Of a stretch of DNA of 39,466 bases, positions 1 through 7,820 are shown piece after piece. The stretch is from a virus. Lineage: Duplodnaviria; Caudoviricetes. The DNA is taken from positions 1-39,466 of the IMG/VR virus record IMGVR_UViG_3300037608_000244; one strand, given 5' to 3'. A program made the translations under genes and the position numbers. Position 1 is the stretch's first letter. Each line of letters opens with the position of its first letter. Below the pieces are notes generated by a model. That model was not told the DNA's origin. It was given only the letters and a program-made list of their open reading frames with translations, and made no database searches.

Positions 1-963
1 TTGGCAAAATCCATCAATGATAAAAAAACTGTTGAACAAATCGAAACGGTCGACGACAGAAAATTTAATTTCTATCAGCCAAATAATGATCTGGTTTTAA
101 AGGCTGGTAAAATTATAGGGGTTGTTGGCTGTGCTGTTTATAATAGTCTCCTGTGCCACGCCGGAAATAAATCAAGAGATAGCTGGCCGTCGATTGAGAC
201 TATAGCCGAAGAGTGGAATTGTTCAAAACATCCGGTCATAAATGCGATAGCTCTATTAGAACAGTTGCATATGATTACCACTCAGCGTAAGACTGGGAAA
301 CCTAACAAATATCATCTAAATGACGTTTCTGAGTGGCGATTAGAGATCACTAATCCCATATTTGAAGGGTTAACCAGTGCACCAGATGCACCGGTCGAAG
401 GGTTAACCAGTGCACCAGATGCACCGGTCGAAGGGTTAACCAGTGCACCAGATGCACCGGTACCAGTGCACCAGATGCACTCGAACTATACGTATTTAAC
501 TATACTAAAAGAAACATACCTCGGCAGTGTACTTTTTGAAGAGATTATAAAAGCAAACCCATACAGCAAATTAAAAGCCCAAACACCAAAACAGAAAGAT
601 ACAACTATCACTCGTTGGGCTAAAGATATTGAGAAGCTACTCCGCATTGACAAACAGGATCCCTCAATTATTGAGGAAGTCATAAAGAAAGCAACACATG
701 ACGATGTATTCTGGGGCCGTAATATTCTGTCTGGAGATGCGCTGAGGAGAAATTGGGATAGACTTACACACCAATTTGTAACAAAAAAACCCGAAAATAC
801 CTTCACAGAAAAGGAAAAAAAGAAACCCGCATTTGTCATCGGCAAGGATGGTATTAAGCGAAATTTAGCAACGGGTGAACCTGTTAATATACCAAAATCT
901 GAAGTTGAATCACTGGAAGAGATTCAGGCAGCTATCCGGGAAGGCTTATATGCCCCCGCATAA
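1..963 (+). CDS. Phage replication initiator (N-terminal winged HTH, lambda O-like organisation)
   Basis: N-terminal motif VYNSLLCHA..SWPSIETIAEEWNCSK..VINAI..L typical of HTH_36 initiators; internal iterons; C-terminal D.FW..NILS...LR..WDRL motif typical of phage O-like proteins. TTG start at the window edge is uncertain. Confidence 0.85.
   Translation: MAKSINDKKTVEQIETVDDRKFNFYQPNNDLVLKAGKIIGVVGCAVYNSLLCHAGNKSRDSWPSIETIAEEWNCSKHPVINAIALLEQLHMITTQRKTGKPNKYHLNDVSEWRLEITNPIFEGLTSAPDAPVEGLTSAPDAPVEGLTSAPDAPVPVHQMHSNYTYLTILKETYLGSVLFEEIIKANPYSKLKAQTPKQKDTTITRWAKDIEKLLRIDKQDPSIIEEVIKKATHDDVFWGRNILSGDALRRNWDRLTHQFVTKKPENTFTEKEKKKPAFVIGKDGIKRNLATGEPVNIPKSEVESLEEIQAAIREGLYAPA
364..480. repeat. Iteron array / putative replication origin
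   Basis: 33-bp unit GAAGGGTTAACCAGTGCACCAGATGCACCGGT(C/A) x3 plus a fourth core. 19-bp core ACCAGTGCACCAGATGCAC at 373, 406, 439 and 462, with internal dyad GTGCA-N5-TGCAC, followed by an AT-rich tract. Confidence 0.85.
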
Positions 964-968
964 TGAGC

Positions 969-1015
969 GGGTCCTCCCTAAGATGTTTTTCTCTAACGGT
1001 TTCGAAGACGGCGAG
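969..1015 (+). other. Putative cos site (cosQ/cosN-like)
   Basis: GGGTCCT (identical to lambda cosQ) at 969-975, a 17-nt spacer, then CTAACG-GTTTCGAAGACG-GCGAG, matching lambda cosQ-cosN spacing. Lies upstream of lambda-type terminase genes. Confidence 0.55.
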
Positions 1016-1091
1016 GATTCAGAGGTTTTGAATAAAATCGGAGGTGGAAAAATGGAAGTACCTGAAAATATAGCACAAAGGAATATTTGGC

Positions 1092-1517
1092 ATGAATGAA
1101 ATTAAAGCAGGTTTGATAAATGACCGGGCGGGATATTTACTACCGGAGGACGTGTCCAGGAATTTTAATGCGTGGTTTTTGGATGAAGAGCTTTGTAGAT
1201 TGACCATACTTGAAAAACTGCACCCAAAAGGTCCATTGTGTCCGAAATGTAATCAGGCATTATCTGAAAAATATAAATATCGTTTCTGGCACAATGAGAG
1301 GATCAAGTGCCATCATTGCGGTAAGTGGTTCACGGCTTTGACCGGAACAATGTTCCAGGGCATACACATGGATTTCCGGGCCATTATTCTTCTTGCATTA
1401 TTTTTGGGTATAAATCAACCGGCTCGTTATATTGCTGATATTTTGGGTGGGAATGAAGAAACGGTACGTATTTGGCGGAATAAGTTTGAGAAAGTGAGGA
1501 CTCTAATTAACAAATGA
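1092..1517 (+). CDS. Zinc-ribbon + HTH protein resembling the IS1595 transposase N-terminus, without the DDE domain
   Basis: CPKC...KCHHCGKWFTALTGTMF..(H) and ARYIADILG.NEETVRIWR motifs. Ends at 141 aa with an ATGA overlap into terS. Confidence 0.7.
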   Translation: MNEIKAGLINDRAGYLLPEDVSRNFNAWFLDEELCRLTILEKLHPKGPLCPKCNQALSEKYKYRFWHNERIKCHHCGKWFTALTGTMFQGIHMDFRAIILLALFLGINQPARYIADILGGNEETVRIWRNKFEKVRTLINK

Positions 1518-2374
1518 CCGACGCTAATAACAAAATCCCTGATAAAACCGACGTCATTCTTAATAATCTCGCTGCAGGCAAATTAATTAAACCAAAAATG
1601 TATAATAATTTGCTTCAAAAAGTAACCTCCGGGGATATATTAAGCAAAAAAGACCTCGAAACTTTTGATATCCTGGATAAAGAATTAAGGGGAATTTATA
1701 CACCAGAAGAGTCTGCCGGTTCAGCATCCTCTCAGTTGACCTCCGATCAGGAAACAAAAACCATAGTCCAGGAATCAACCCCCGAGGCTTTCGAAAATCT
1801 TCATGCCGTTGTTCAATATCTCCAGACATCCGGATATAAAATAAAGAAGTCCGCAATATACAATCACCAGACGGCCGGTAAGATCAGGCCGAACAAAGAG
1901 GGAAAATATCCTCTGGCTGATGTTGAAAAATATGCCAAGACACATTTGAAACTCTCCGACGGAACCCCTTCGGGAGGAAAACTCCTCGACAAGGCGCAAA
2001 AAGATAAGCTCGATGTGGAAACCCGCGAAAAACTGGCCCGCGCGCGGCATTGGGAACTCCGGGTAGGTTCCCTGGAACAAAAGCTCATTCCCCGTGAGAC
2101 TGTAGAGACAGATCTTGCCGCCCGCGCTTCTATTTTCCGCACCGATGGAGAAAACTTTTTTCGGAGTCAGGCGCCGGCAATAATAAACATTGTCGATGGC
2201 GACGCAACAAAAACCCCGGATTTAATAGATTTCTGTCTCAATGCTTTTGAACATTTTCTTTCCCGGTATTTGCAGGAAGAAGAATTCAAGGTCGACGTTA
2301 CAGCCTATGAAAAGATTTTTGAGCAAGCCGGCAAGGATGAAACAGAAGAAGAGAACACAGATGAGAATGAGTAA
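1514..2374 (+). CDS. Probable terminase small subunit (Nu1-like)
   Basis: Central winged-HTH-like segment followed by coiled coil EKLARARHWELRVGSLEQKLIPRETVE, resembling Nu1-type proteins; lies upstream of a gpA-type large subunit. Confidence 0.65.
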   Translation: MTDANNKIPDKTDVILNNLAAGKLIKPKMYNNLLQKVTSGDILSKKDLETFDILDKELRGIYTPEESAGSASSQLTSDQETKTIVQESTPEAFENLHAVVQYLQTSGYKIKKSAIYNHQTAGKIRPNKEGKYPLADVEKYAKTHLKLSDGTPSGGKLLDKAQKDKLDVETREKLARARHWELRVGSLEQKLIPRETVETDLAARASIFRTDGENFFRSQAPAIINIVDGDATKTPDLIDFCLNAFEHFLSRYLQEEEFKVDVTAYEKIFEQAGKDETEEENTDENE

Positions 2375-2386
2375 AAGGAGGATAGC

Positions 2387-2953
2387 ATGTATAAAGAAGT
2401 AAATCTTAAAAATATCACCCCTAATCCACACAACCCCCGGACGTGTTTCGAGGGCCGCGCTTTCGACGAGCTGGTGGCATCCATCAAAAAACAGGGCGTT
2501 ATCGAGCCGGTTATAGTCCGGGCTCTCAACGGTTCCGGAAGCTTTGAGCTTATTGCCGGTGAGCGCCGTTTCCGGGCGTCGAAAGAAGCCGGCAAAGAGT
2601 CAATTCCTGCCCTGGTTAAGGATCTCACAGATGACCAGGCTTTTGATGTGATGACCATCGAGAACCTTCAGCGGGAAAATCTTACCGAATATGAAGAGGC
2701 CAAGGCATTTAAGCTTTATGTAGATCGCAAAGGCGCTGATAAGGCCGTTGCCGAACTTGCTGAGCGCACAGGTATCAACCACCGGTATATTCAGCGCCGC
2801 GTTGCTGTGCTCAGCCTCCCGGACTATATCCTTACCATCTGGCAGGAAAATAACCTCTTATACGGCTCCCGGAAGATGAAATCACAAAATTTTATGAAGA
2901 TTATCTTGACCCGAAGCAGGGTAATAATTGGAACCCCCGCCCTGTCACAGTAA
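2387..2953 (+). CDS. ParB/RepB/Spo0J-family protein, N-terminal part (frameshifted)
   Basis: NPHNPR, ELVASIKKQGVIEPVIVR, ELIAGERRFRA, IENLQRENL..EEA motifs plus HTH. Sequence stops looking ParB-like after LLYG. Confidence 0.85.
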   Translation: MYKEVNLKNITPNPHNPRTCFEGRAFDELVASIKKQGVIEPVIVRALNGSGSFELIAGERRFRASKEAGKESIPALVKDLTDDQAFDVMTIENLQRENLTEYEEAKAFKLYVDRKGADKAVAELAERTGINHRYIQRRVAVLSLPDYILTIWQENNLLYGSRKMKSQNFMKIILTRSRVIIGTPALSQ

Positions 2954-2955
2954 AG

Positions 2956-4080
2956 ATGCTCGAACAGGCTATTAATAACCGGTCCATACCCTTAAAGCAG
3001 GCAAAGTTTAATTTGGCAAAGGACGGCTGTAAAAATTGTCTTTCCAATTCATCCGCCCAGGCGACTATTTTCGGCGATGATCTCTCCGGAAGTAAATCAC
3101 GCTGTAACAATCCCGCCTGTTTCCGCGAGAAACAGCGGGCCTGGCTTACCGAACACTGGCCGGACGGTTATAATGATTTTGGAACAACAGGTTTTATTTT
3201 TGATGATGAGTTCAATCAATGTAAATTTAACGTAATCTATGAGCATCACATTGATTCAGCGAAAAAAAGAAATGCCGACATACAAAAATGTCTTACATGT
3301 CAGTCACATATCACCGTACTTGAGCTGACAGGCAAGGTAAGAATTGCCTGGGGAAAGATTTGCACGGGCGAAAAAGCCTGCTATGAAAAAATATACCACG
3401 GTGAATCAGAATTTGAAAACACCTCATTTAAAACTTCCGCAAACCACGGCCCGGAATTTCAGGACCGCTTTTACCGTGAAAGTATTCCGGAAAGATTTAT
3501 GCTGCTCAAATACGATGATGCCCGCGCACTGCGCATGACCCTTTTTGCTCTCCTCTATGGTGATTATAATGCCAAATGTCGCTTCGCTAAAGAAAACAAT
3601 CTTGAAGGCTATCAGGAAGACGTCACGCGCAAAATATGGATTGCCCTGGAGGCAATGCCCGTTCCTTTGCTCCATACCTGGATAAGGAACATAGTTTGTT
3701 TTCTGCTTATTGACAACCCGCTGATTGCCCAGGGACCTATCGCCGGAGGGCTCGAATACAAACCCCTCATAGCAAAGCACCTCGGGATACATATTGAAAC
3801 CGAATGGGTTATTACAGAGGAGTATCTTAAGAAAAAAAGAATTCCGGAATTAATTGAGCTGGGAAATTCCCTTGGTATTTTTACAGATGAGAAAGCAGTT
3901 GCCTTTCTTGCCAACACGATTAAGGAAAAGAAGTTTGAAAACTGCAAGAAAAAGGACCTGATCCGGGTTTTTATGGAATCCGAGGTTGACCTTACCGGCA
4001 GGATCCCGGAGGAGATATTACAGGGCCAAGTCGGCTGTGATGAGCCTCCTGAAAGTGATAAGACAGAGGAGGAAGAATAA
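2956..4080 (+). CDS. Cys-rich C-terminal part of the ParB-family protein
   Basis: Frame is open from 2854 (RLPEDEITKFY...), overlapping the ParB ORF in the -1 frame; carries CKNC, C..PAC and CLTC motifs. Confidence 0.65.
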   Translation: MLEQAINNRSIPLKQAKFNLAKDGCKNCLSNSSAQATIFGDDLSGSKSRCNNPACFREKQRAWLTEHWPDGYNDFGTTGFIFDDEFNQCKFNVIYEHHIDSAKKRNADIQKCLTCQSHITVLELTGKVRIAWGKICTGEKACYEKIYHGESEFENTSFKTSANHGPEFQDRFYRESIPERFMLLKYDDARALRMTLFALLYGDYNAKCRFAKENNLEGYQEDVTRKIWIALEAMPVPLLHTWIRNIVCFLLIDNPLIAQGPIAGGLEYKPLIAKHLGIHIETEWVITEEYLKKKRIPELIELGNSLGIFTDEKAVAFLANTIKEKKFENCKKKDLIRVFMESEVDLTGRIPEEILQGQVGCDEPPESDKTEEEE

Positions 4081-4082
4081 AT

Positions 4083-4625
4083 ATGTCAAATAAACTTGCC
4101 CGAAGATCATTCGGTGAATCCTATTTATGTGCTAAACCTTGGCCTGCAGACTGTTTTGTGCAATGTGGTAGTCACGGCATTGTTGTTGATAAAGGCTCTT
4201 TAGAAAAAATGATGGAATCAAGTAATCCCATTAAAGAACTTGCAGAAAATACTGCATACACAACGGCCTTTTTTGAAGCTTTTCCCAGAGATGCCACATG
4301 TAAAACTTTCATTCGCGGCGAGGGCAAGACAGTTGAAGAGGCCGAGGCAGCAGCGTATGAGAAATACGTAAAGTATAAAGCCTGTGATCATCCACAGTTT
4401 GAGCGCAGAGAATACCGTAACGGCGCGGGATTCTGTGTTAAATGCGGAATGTTTAAATACGCCTTTGAACCGCTTGAAATCTGTTGTATTTGCGGAAAAT
4501 ATACATATTATTCATCAGATATTGAGGGAAAGTGGTATTGTAAAGAATGCGTAACGCATATGCCGGAAGATAAAAAGCACAAATGGCAAAAAGATATAGA
4601 AAAACGGCATGAGGTATCAGCATAA
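4083..4625 (+). CDS. Cys-rich phage hypothetical protein
   Basis: FFEAFP..FIRGEG and several CxxC motifs; tightly packed between neighbouring genes. Confidence 0.7.
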   Translation: MSNKLARRSFGESYLCAKPWPADCFVQCGSHGIVVDKGSLEKMMESSNPIKELAENTAYTTAFFEAFPRDATCKTFIRGEGKTVEEAEAAAYEKYVKYKACDHPQFERREYRNGAGFCVKCGMFKYAFEPLEICCICGKYTYYSSDIEGKWYCKECVTHMPEDKKHKWQKDIEKRHEVSA

Positions 4626-6618
4626 TATGACTCAAGCCCTTCACACATCACATTTCACGAATAACGTTTCACGGGGTTTCCCGCCTCCTCTCTCTATCCG
4701 CTTCACCCCTGGAGAGCGCAGGGTGTTCGCTTCCCGTGAACGCGACCCCCGGACAGGCCTCCCCCTTACTGTCAGCCAATGGGCAGAGCGGTACCGGGTT
4801 GTCACGGGCGGACCTATGCCGGGACGGTGGCAAAATGCCAACGCTCCATATGCTGTTGAGCCTATGGACTGTTGGACCGTGCCGTCGATCAGGGAAATAT
4901 ATCTGTGTTTTGCACCTCAGGTTGTGAAGACTCAGATTGCTTTTAATTGCCTCGGGTATGCGGCCGATCAGGACCCCGGAAGCGCGATGTACGTCATGCC
5001 CGATGAAAAAACTACAAAGCGTATTGCACGGCGCCGTATCCTGCCCATGATAAAGGCCTCCCCGCGCCTCGCGTCGCTTCTTTCTCCTCGTTATGATGAT
5101 ACAACTACTCTTTCCATCCGTTTTATTAACGGTATGGATCTCATGATGGCGTGGGCAACTTCCGTAGCGGAGATATCCTCGGAGGATGTGCGGTATTTTA
5201 TCGGCGATGAAATTTCTAAGTGGCCGGGGTATTCGGGTACCGGAGAAAAAAGGGAGGCTCATCCCTGGTATCTCGGCAAGATCAGAACAAACACATACCC
5301 GCATACAAAGAAGATCCTCGCGCTGTCCTCTCCGGGTGCAGCTCCATGTCTTATTACGGAGTTAATGAAGTATGAGGCCGATGAGACGCGGCGCTATGAA
5401 GTGCCCTGTCCCATATGTGGACACTTTCAGATCATGAGTGACGAGAATATTGTCACGTTAAAAAATGAGCATAACCCTCTTGTCATTGTCCGGAACAAAC
5501 TCGGACGCTATTCCTGCGCGAAGTGCGGCATGTTTTGGGATGACTATATGCGCAACCAGGCTGTTAAACACGGCAGATGGGTACCCGGCCGGTTCGACGC
5601 AAACGGAGAATGGCAGCCCGCGGACCCAATCATTCGCCCGGTGTCCGTGGCGTTCCATCTTCCTGCCTGGTATTCGCTTTTTGAGTCCCTCTCAGAGGTT
5701 GCCGCGTCCCGCATACGCGGTGAAGACGATCCGAAGAAGCAAATGGTCTATGTGACGCAAAAAAGAGCAGAGGAATATAAAGAAGTCGTTGAGACAAAGA
5801 AAGAAGAGAACATTCTCGCGGAACACAGGGTTACCCTACCCACAGGCATTGTCCCGGCGGCGGCGCTTGCTCTCACTGCCGGGATTGACTCCCATACCTG
5901 GGGCTATCGTTTTACGATCTACGCCTGGATTGAGGATGTCCTTGGTTTTACTGCCCAGAAGATACAGCACGGCCACCTCGGTACCCTGGCTGACATCGAG
6001 GCCCTTGTCTATCATGCCCGTTTTCAGGTCGAGAACTCATCCGAGACAATGGGTATCTGGCGCGCTGCAATAGATACAGGTGGAAACAGGCCGGGCCCGA
6101 ATACCAACGACAATGAAAAAACCATGACGGATGAAATTTATGAATGGCTCCGCAAACAGCCCCGAGGAACTATTTTCGGCGTAAAAGGAGCGTCTCACGA
6201 CCAGCAAAGCCGTGTAAAACTCACGGTTATTGACAAATTCCCGCACAAAAATAAACCTATCCCCGGAGGCCTTGAGCTCCGCATACTCGACACAAATCAG
6301 TTTAAGGGACTCTTTCACTGGCGTTTGACCCGAGCTGCTGGCGATACCCAGCGCATTTTATTTGACGCCGGTACCGATAATGAGTTTGTCCGGGAACTCC
6401 TTGCCGAAGAATTACGGAAGAAACGAAACGGACAGACCGAATGGGTCCGGGTACGCACCGCAAACCATTATTTGGATTGTTCGGTCTATGCCATGGCCGC
6501 CGCCGATGCCGAATGGCAGCCGTCGCTGAAGCTGTTGTCAAAAAGGATAAAACAAATCCGGGAAGGGGCCCCGCAGGAAAAACAACACCGGCGTGTATTA
6601 AGCAGGGGCATAGAGTGA
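4609..6618 (+). CDS. Terminase large subunit, lambda gpA family
   Basis: LTVSQWAERYR, PGRW....PY, Walker A-like PQVVKT, Walker B FIGDE, VPCPICG zinc motif, LTAGID, AAIDTGG, NHYLDCSVYA. Start may instead be 4627. Confidence 0.95.
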   Translation: MRYQHNMTQALHTSHFTNNVSRGFPPPLSIRFTPGERRVFASRERDPRTGLPLTVSQWAERYRVVTGGPMPGRWQNANAPYAVEPMDCWTVPSIREIYLCFAPQVVKTQIAFNCLGYAADQDPGSAMYVMPDEKTTKRIARRRILPMIKASPRLASLLSPRYDDTTTLSIRFINGMDLMMAWATSVAEISSEDVRYFIGDEISKWPGYSGTGEKREAHPWYLGKIRTNTYPHTKKILALSSPGAAPCLITELMKYEADETRRYEVPCPICGHFQIMSDENIVTLKNEHNPLVIVRNKLGRYSCAKCGMFWDDYMRNQAVKHGRWVPGRFDANGEWQPADPIIRPVSVAFHLPAWYSLFESLSEVAASRIRGEDDPKKQMVYVTQKRAEEYKEVVETKKEENILAEHRVTLPTGIVPAAALALTAGIDSHTWGYRFTIYAWIEDVLGFTAQKIQHGHLGTLADIEALVYHARFQVENSSETMGIWRAAIDTGGNRPGPNTNDNEKTMTDEIYEWLRKQPRGTIFGVKGASHDQQSRVKLTVIDKFPHKNKPIPGGLELRILDTNQFKGLFHWRLTRAAGDTQRILFDAGTDNEFVRELLAEELRKKRNGQTEWVRVRTANHYLDCSVYAMAAADAEWQPSLKLLSKRIKQIREGAPQEKQHRRVLSRGIE

Positions 6619-6869
6619 TAAAATGCCCGGACCTGCCCGAAAAGACGCTATTAAGACCCGACGAAGTGGCGGAATTTTTTTCCGTATCGGCACAGACTAT
6701 ATATATGTGGTGCGACTCAGGCACTCTTGACGCTATCAAAGTAAACGGTACTACCAGAATATACCGGCAATCTGTTCTGAGGGTACTTCAAAAAGGAGAT
6801 CCTCTTACCGTTCAGCGCCAGGTGCAACCAGGCGAGAAAAAAAGAAGAGTACTGAGTAAGGGGATATGA
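6615..6869 (+). CDS. Excisionase/BldC-like (HTH_17, MerR-like) DNA-binding protein
   Basis: LLRPDEVAEFFSVSAQTIYMWCDSGTL.A.K..G..RI motif; GTG start overlaps the terL stop (GTGA). Confidence 0.85.
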   Translation: MIKCPDLPEKTLLRPDEVAEFFSVSAQTIYMWCDSGTLDAIKVNGTTRIYRQSVLRVLQKGDPLTVQRQVQPGEKKRRVLSKGI

Positions 6870-6897
6870 CCCAAGAAACAAATTAGCGATTAAATAC

Positions 6898-6925
6898 TTG
6901 ACACCGGTCTTTTTCTTGCTATACT
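6898..6925 (+). promoter_or_regulatory. Sigma70-type promoter for a small RNA
   Basis: TTGACA (6898-6903), 16 nt, TATACT (6920-6925) with an extended -10 TG at 6917-6918. No + strand ORF before the terminator. Confidence 0.8.
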
Positions 6926-6931
6926 ATCGTT

Positions 6932-7005
6932 AAGAGAATTAAAGTTTTGGATCGGGGTGTCGCCCGGTCGGTAGAAGCCTCTCATCACGAGAGGCTTTCT
7001 TCTTT
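6932..7005 (+). ncRNA. Putative DUF3800-associated structured small RNA (~75 nt)
   Basis: Lies between the promoter and the terminator; hairpin GATCGGG-gtgtcg-CCCGGTC (6950-6969) plus the terminator hairpin; convergent with the DUF3800 gene. Families of DUF3800-associated RNA motifs are known. Confidence 0.65.
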
Positions 7006-7007
7006 TT
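6975..7007 (+). terminator. Intrinsic terminator
   Basis: AAGCCTCTC-atcac-GAGAGGCTT 9-bp stem followed by TCTTCTTTTT. Confidence 0.8.
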
Positions 7008-7746
7008 AAGGAAACAGCTTTAATCCCCACCCTTTGTAATCCCCGTTTTTGTTGCAATATATTTTATTTTTTAATAGTTCAAAAGGAATATTAGGCTTAT
7101 TAGGATTTATTAAATGTCTTGCAAGCGGGTACGCGCACAAATCTGCTATTTGAAGGCCTATTAAATTATCTTTCTTACCAAAACATCCAAAACTAATTAT
7201 TCTTTTTTGTAGTCTTTCTCGACTTACATAAGATGTTCCTCTATCAGAAAGAGAATTATAATAGTTAAGAAGCATTTCATCGTCTTTTTTACCTCTTTTC
7301 TCTGCCTTTATTTCTATCTCGGCTTTTTTATCAAATATATCTAAACAAAAAATGAGCCTTTCAATTATAAAAGATAAGGAAAGGCTGTATGGGTCTTTAG
7401 CTCCTTTGCCATATTTTTCAATATGTTTTTCTTTATGTATTCCAGATCCAATGATAAAATAATTTGCGTCACTTATTATCTTGTTCAAATCTTCATAAAA
7501 TTGTTTTTTTATCTTTGAATCAAAGAGAATTTGAAAGGGACCTTCACATTTTCTTATATCGCGTGAATGTAAAATAATATTTTTGCTACCGAAATATTTT
7601 GTTTTAAACTCATCGACCATATTTTCTACTTTCATAAGATCATCCTCTCTAAAGAGACATCCGCATAAAAGAAAAATAGGAAAATTATAATCAATATAAC
7701 TCAACCCATGATCGCCTGTTTCATCAAGAAATAACTGGTATTTCAA
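7006..7746 (-). CDS. DUF3800 domain protein (predicted RNase H-like fold)
   Basis: N-terminal LFLDETGDH, ILHS.DIR, GLQIADL.AYP and C-terminal GLKLFP. AT-rich and antisense to the operon; AGGAGA RBS with TTG start. Confidence 0.85.
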   Translation of the reverse strand: MKYQLFLDETGDHGLSYIDYNFPIFLLCGCLFREDDLMKVENMVDEFKTKYFGSKNIILHSRDIRKCEGPFQILFDSKIKKQFYEDLNKIISDANYFIIGSGIHKEKHIEKYGKGAKDPYSLSLSFIIERLIFCLDIFDKKAEIEIKAEKRGKKDDEMLLNYYNSLSDRGTSYVSRERLQKRIISFGCFGKKDNLIGLQIADLCAYPLARHLINPNKPNIPFELLKNKIYCNKNGDYKGWGLKLFP

Positions 7747-7773
7747 CTTTATCTCCTATATTGCGTAAAACTA

Positions 7774-7820
7774 CCACTATATGTAGTGTAAATTAATAAT
7801 TCAGTTACCATATATAGATT
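7774..7820. promoter_or_regulatory. Tandem NrdR-box-like operators upstream of the DUF3800 gene
   Basis: CCACTATATGTAGTGT (7774-7789; 14/16 match to acaCwAtATaTwGtgt) and TTACCATATATAGATT (7805-7820; core C.ATATAT.G), 31 bp start to start. Confidence 0.7.

Noticed and set aside
35-60. Left-end arm-type site resembling the int 3' repeats (AACAAATCGAAAC)
   Set aside because: Similarity to AAACAGAAGCG is too weak to call without flanking sequence.
364-480. 33-bp repeats as a CRISPR array
   Set aside because: Units are contiguous with no unique spacers, in-frame within a gene, and there are no cas genes.
875-1099. 74-aa ORF spanning the rep-zinc finger gap
   Set aside because: Overlaps rep, has no recognisable motif and covers the cos-like region; probably spurious.
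1092-1517. Complete IS1595 insertion sequence
   Set aside because: No DDE domain, terminal inverted repeats or target duplication seen.
6441-6614. Long N-terminal extension of the HTH ORF
   Set aside because: Lies inside terL; the GTG at 6615 overlapping the terL stop is a better start.
6953-6978. tRNA gene or att-associated tRNA fragment (CGGGGTGTCGCCCGGTCGGTAGAAGC resembles a tRNA 5' half)
   Set aside because: No anticodon arm, T-arm (GTTC) or acceptor 3' strand; better explained as the DUF3800-associated RNA hairpin.
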